This document shows, one piece after another, positions 62,000 to 64,000 of a DNA stretch of 64,000 nucleotides (the stretch's first letter is position 1; every line of letters begins with the position of its first letter). The position numbers and the translations under genes were made by a program. The stretch covers positions 70,618,001 through 70,682,000 of the forward strand of contig NC_091471.1 of the NCBI RefSeq assembly GCF_036971445.1, in the 5' to 3' direction. This stretch comes from Narcine bancroftii (lineage: Eukaryota). The notes below the pieces were generated by a model. That model searched no databases. It was not told where the DNA came from and saw nothing but the letters and a program-made list of their open reading frames with translations.

Positions 62000-64000
62000 T
62001 ACATATTACAATTAAAAAGGTTCTGAGAGTGCAGTGGCTTGAACACAGCGAGTCATTAGGGAACCTTAAGTATCAGCTAGAGGATGTGAAAATGTAATAA
62101 AAATAACTTTGGAATAATTCTTATAAAATGAAAATTTTAGTGAGAATCTTGAGCTTGATTATATTGTGTAAGGTTTTTGATGTCAGGCTCCAAATTGGAT
62201 GGAGATAGTTGAAAGTCATCTTGTGGAAAAGTCTATTCCTGGATTTTGCCAAGGAAACTACCTTGCTGAATCCACATTCAAGGAAAGGAAATGGAATTGA
62301 AGGAAAGGCAATGGGGGGGAAAAAAATCACTCTGAACTCAAAAATCTTTTTTTTTTAATTGATTGAACGTACGGTGTGCAATTGTGTATCATTCTGAAAA
62401 TCAATCAACTTTTCTTGAATTTCTGCATCAACATCGTGAGCTGTTCCTCAAATAGATCGAATATCGAATCCAGGATATTGAAGTTTAATAGGTCATTAAA
62501 TCTTTCCTGCAGATCTGTGTGTTTCTCGTAAACGACAATGTCATCATCGTTCAGTACCTTTGTGTTGGTATTCGGATTTAGAAATTGTAAAAATGCCCGA
62601 CATCTGATATTGCTCCAATAGACTTTACTTTTTAAGGAAAGAAAGAAATAATTCCTTACTATTAATTGTGTTCATCCTTTAAAGTTCTGTACAATAAATA
62701 AAGTTTTTCAAAGATATCCACCTTTGCATTAACATGTTTTTCTCCATGCTCATTATGAGAAAGAAAGGAAACTGTTGTGTCCCAGAGCAAAACAAAATGA
62801 CAAAGACAATCTCCTTCGGACAGCCATCTCGCCCTCAGTAAGCAGCAGCATCTGGAAATGTTCATCATTTTCTTCACACAGCTGCCAGAGTGCACTGTTT
62901 TGAAGGGGATGTGAAGTTTCTAGTCTTTATAACAATTGACAATTTAAATATCCTCCCGAGTGAGACTAAAGGTATTACATTTTTTTTTCAGGGATGTGAG
63001 GAACCCTCTCTATCTTCCAACCATTGAAATAGCACCATCATTTGCACAGGCAACTATATTTTTGAATGGAAGATTGTTCTCATTGATGTAATTCTTCTTT
63101 GAAAATAGACAGACCATTAGTATATGTTTTAAACCTTCTGGCAAACAAGATCTCTTCCATTAGCTCATTTCCATTCTTGAATCTGGCATAATCTATGAGA
63201 AGAGTGTTGTCCTTTTGCAGTATGTATTTGTCTAATTGGAAAAAATGTCTTGGAATATAATGAAATGAACATTTGTGTTTCAATGCCCTTTGCTATCTCT
63301 TCAAATCTTTGAGAAACAGTGGAATTTTTCAAAGGAATTGCCTGAATACTTACTTTGGCATTTAAGTTCATGACTTCAAATATTATTATGGACACTTATG
63401 GCAAAAATTACATCAATGTTATGAGCATTTCCACTTTTAGCAATCAATTCACTTGTCTTGTGCACTACAAGAAGATGATTTTCTCATATCTGTGACGTTG
63501 GTTTGAGCAGTGGCCTTCTCTCAAAATGATCTTGGAAGTAATCCAAGGGTTTATCTTTCTTTTATATACAGTCTCTAAATGTTGTTTCAGCTTGTTTGGT
63601 CTCGCTTTCATTTGAAAATGTAATCAAACCATTCAGAGAAGGATTTTGGTGGAGATGTAATAAGACTGTAAGGTAAGTCTTCCACTGAATACTGCCGATA
63701 CTTTTTTTGCTGAACAATTCATGGGTAAAATTAATTCTGAAAGTACCAAAAATTAACTATTACAAAATGAAAGTACTTCTTACTAGGGTAATCTCTAAAG
63801 TCAGCTTAATTTTTTTTGGAAATGGTGAACAATATATCCATCACAAATAGTTGAAGCAAACTGAGGGCGCTTGCAGACATGAGAAACATTGAGCAATACC
63901 TTTTGGCCTGCACACTTATTTCCTGGAATTGAAGGTGATAGAATAAACAATGAAAACTATGTCGAAAGCCATTTGTAGCCAACGCTGGTTCCATGTCAGT

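Larger units (their letters stand above)
60645..64000 (-). mobile_element. hAT (Charlie/Buster-type) transposon with degenerate transposase
   Basis: Terminus CAGCCATTCTTAACCTTT at 60645. Minus-strand motifs: KKYRQYS, FSNES..PNKLKQHLET..KPLDYF, IPLKNSTVSQR, ACANDGAISMVG, RWLSEG (~62300-63722). Confidence 0.82.

Noticed and set aside
62300-63722. Domesticated ZBED5/Buster-like host gene
   Set aside because: Numerous stops and frameshifts plus a retained TIR indicate a dead transposon.

Overview
Repeat-dense, gene-poor eukaryotic DNA. The repeat set (L1, CR1, Rex/Babar, RTE, Penelope-like, V-SINE, Gypsy, class-I ERV, hAT, Tigger) points to a vertebrate, most likely a cartilaginous fish (inference). 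No intact host gene is evident, and almost all listed ORFs are TE debris or spurious. The standout is a Mag-type Gypsy LTR element at ~34.5-37.07 kb. Its RT/RNaseH/integrase region is replaced by two intronless host-mRNA fragments, the liprin-alpha (PPFIA2-like) coiled coil and the nucleoporin TPR coiled coil. They are joined in frame to each other and to the protease and are followed by the element's own PPT and 3' LTR. Other points of interest: dispersed Penelope-derived hairpin mini-elements carrying minimal hammerhead ribozyme cores, a TSD-supported CR1>L1>Penelope nesting, an internally deleted ERV with a gag amber stop and env SU, a composite hAT MITE, young RTE copies and a near-complete Gypsy element with a tRNA-Trp-like PBS. 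Protein family calls come from recalled motifs, not database searches, and boundaries are approximate unless TSDs or TIRs are quoted.
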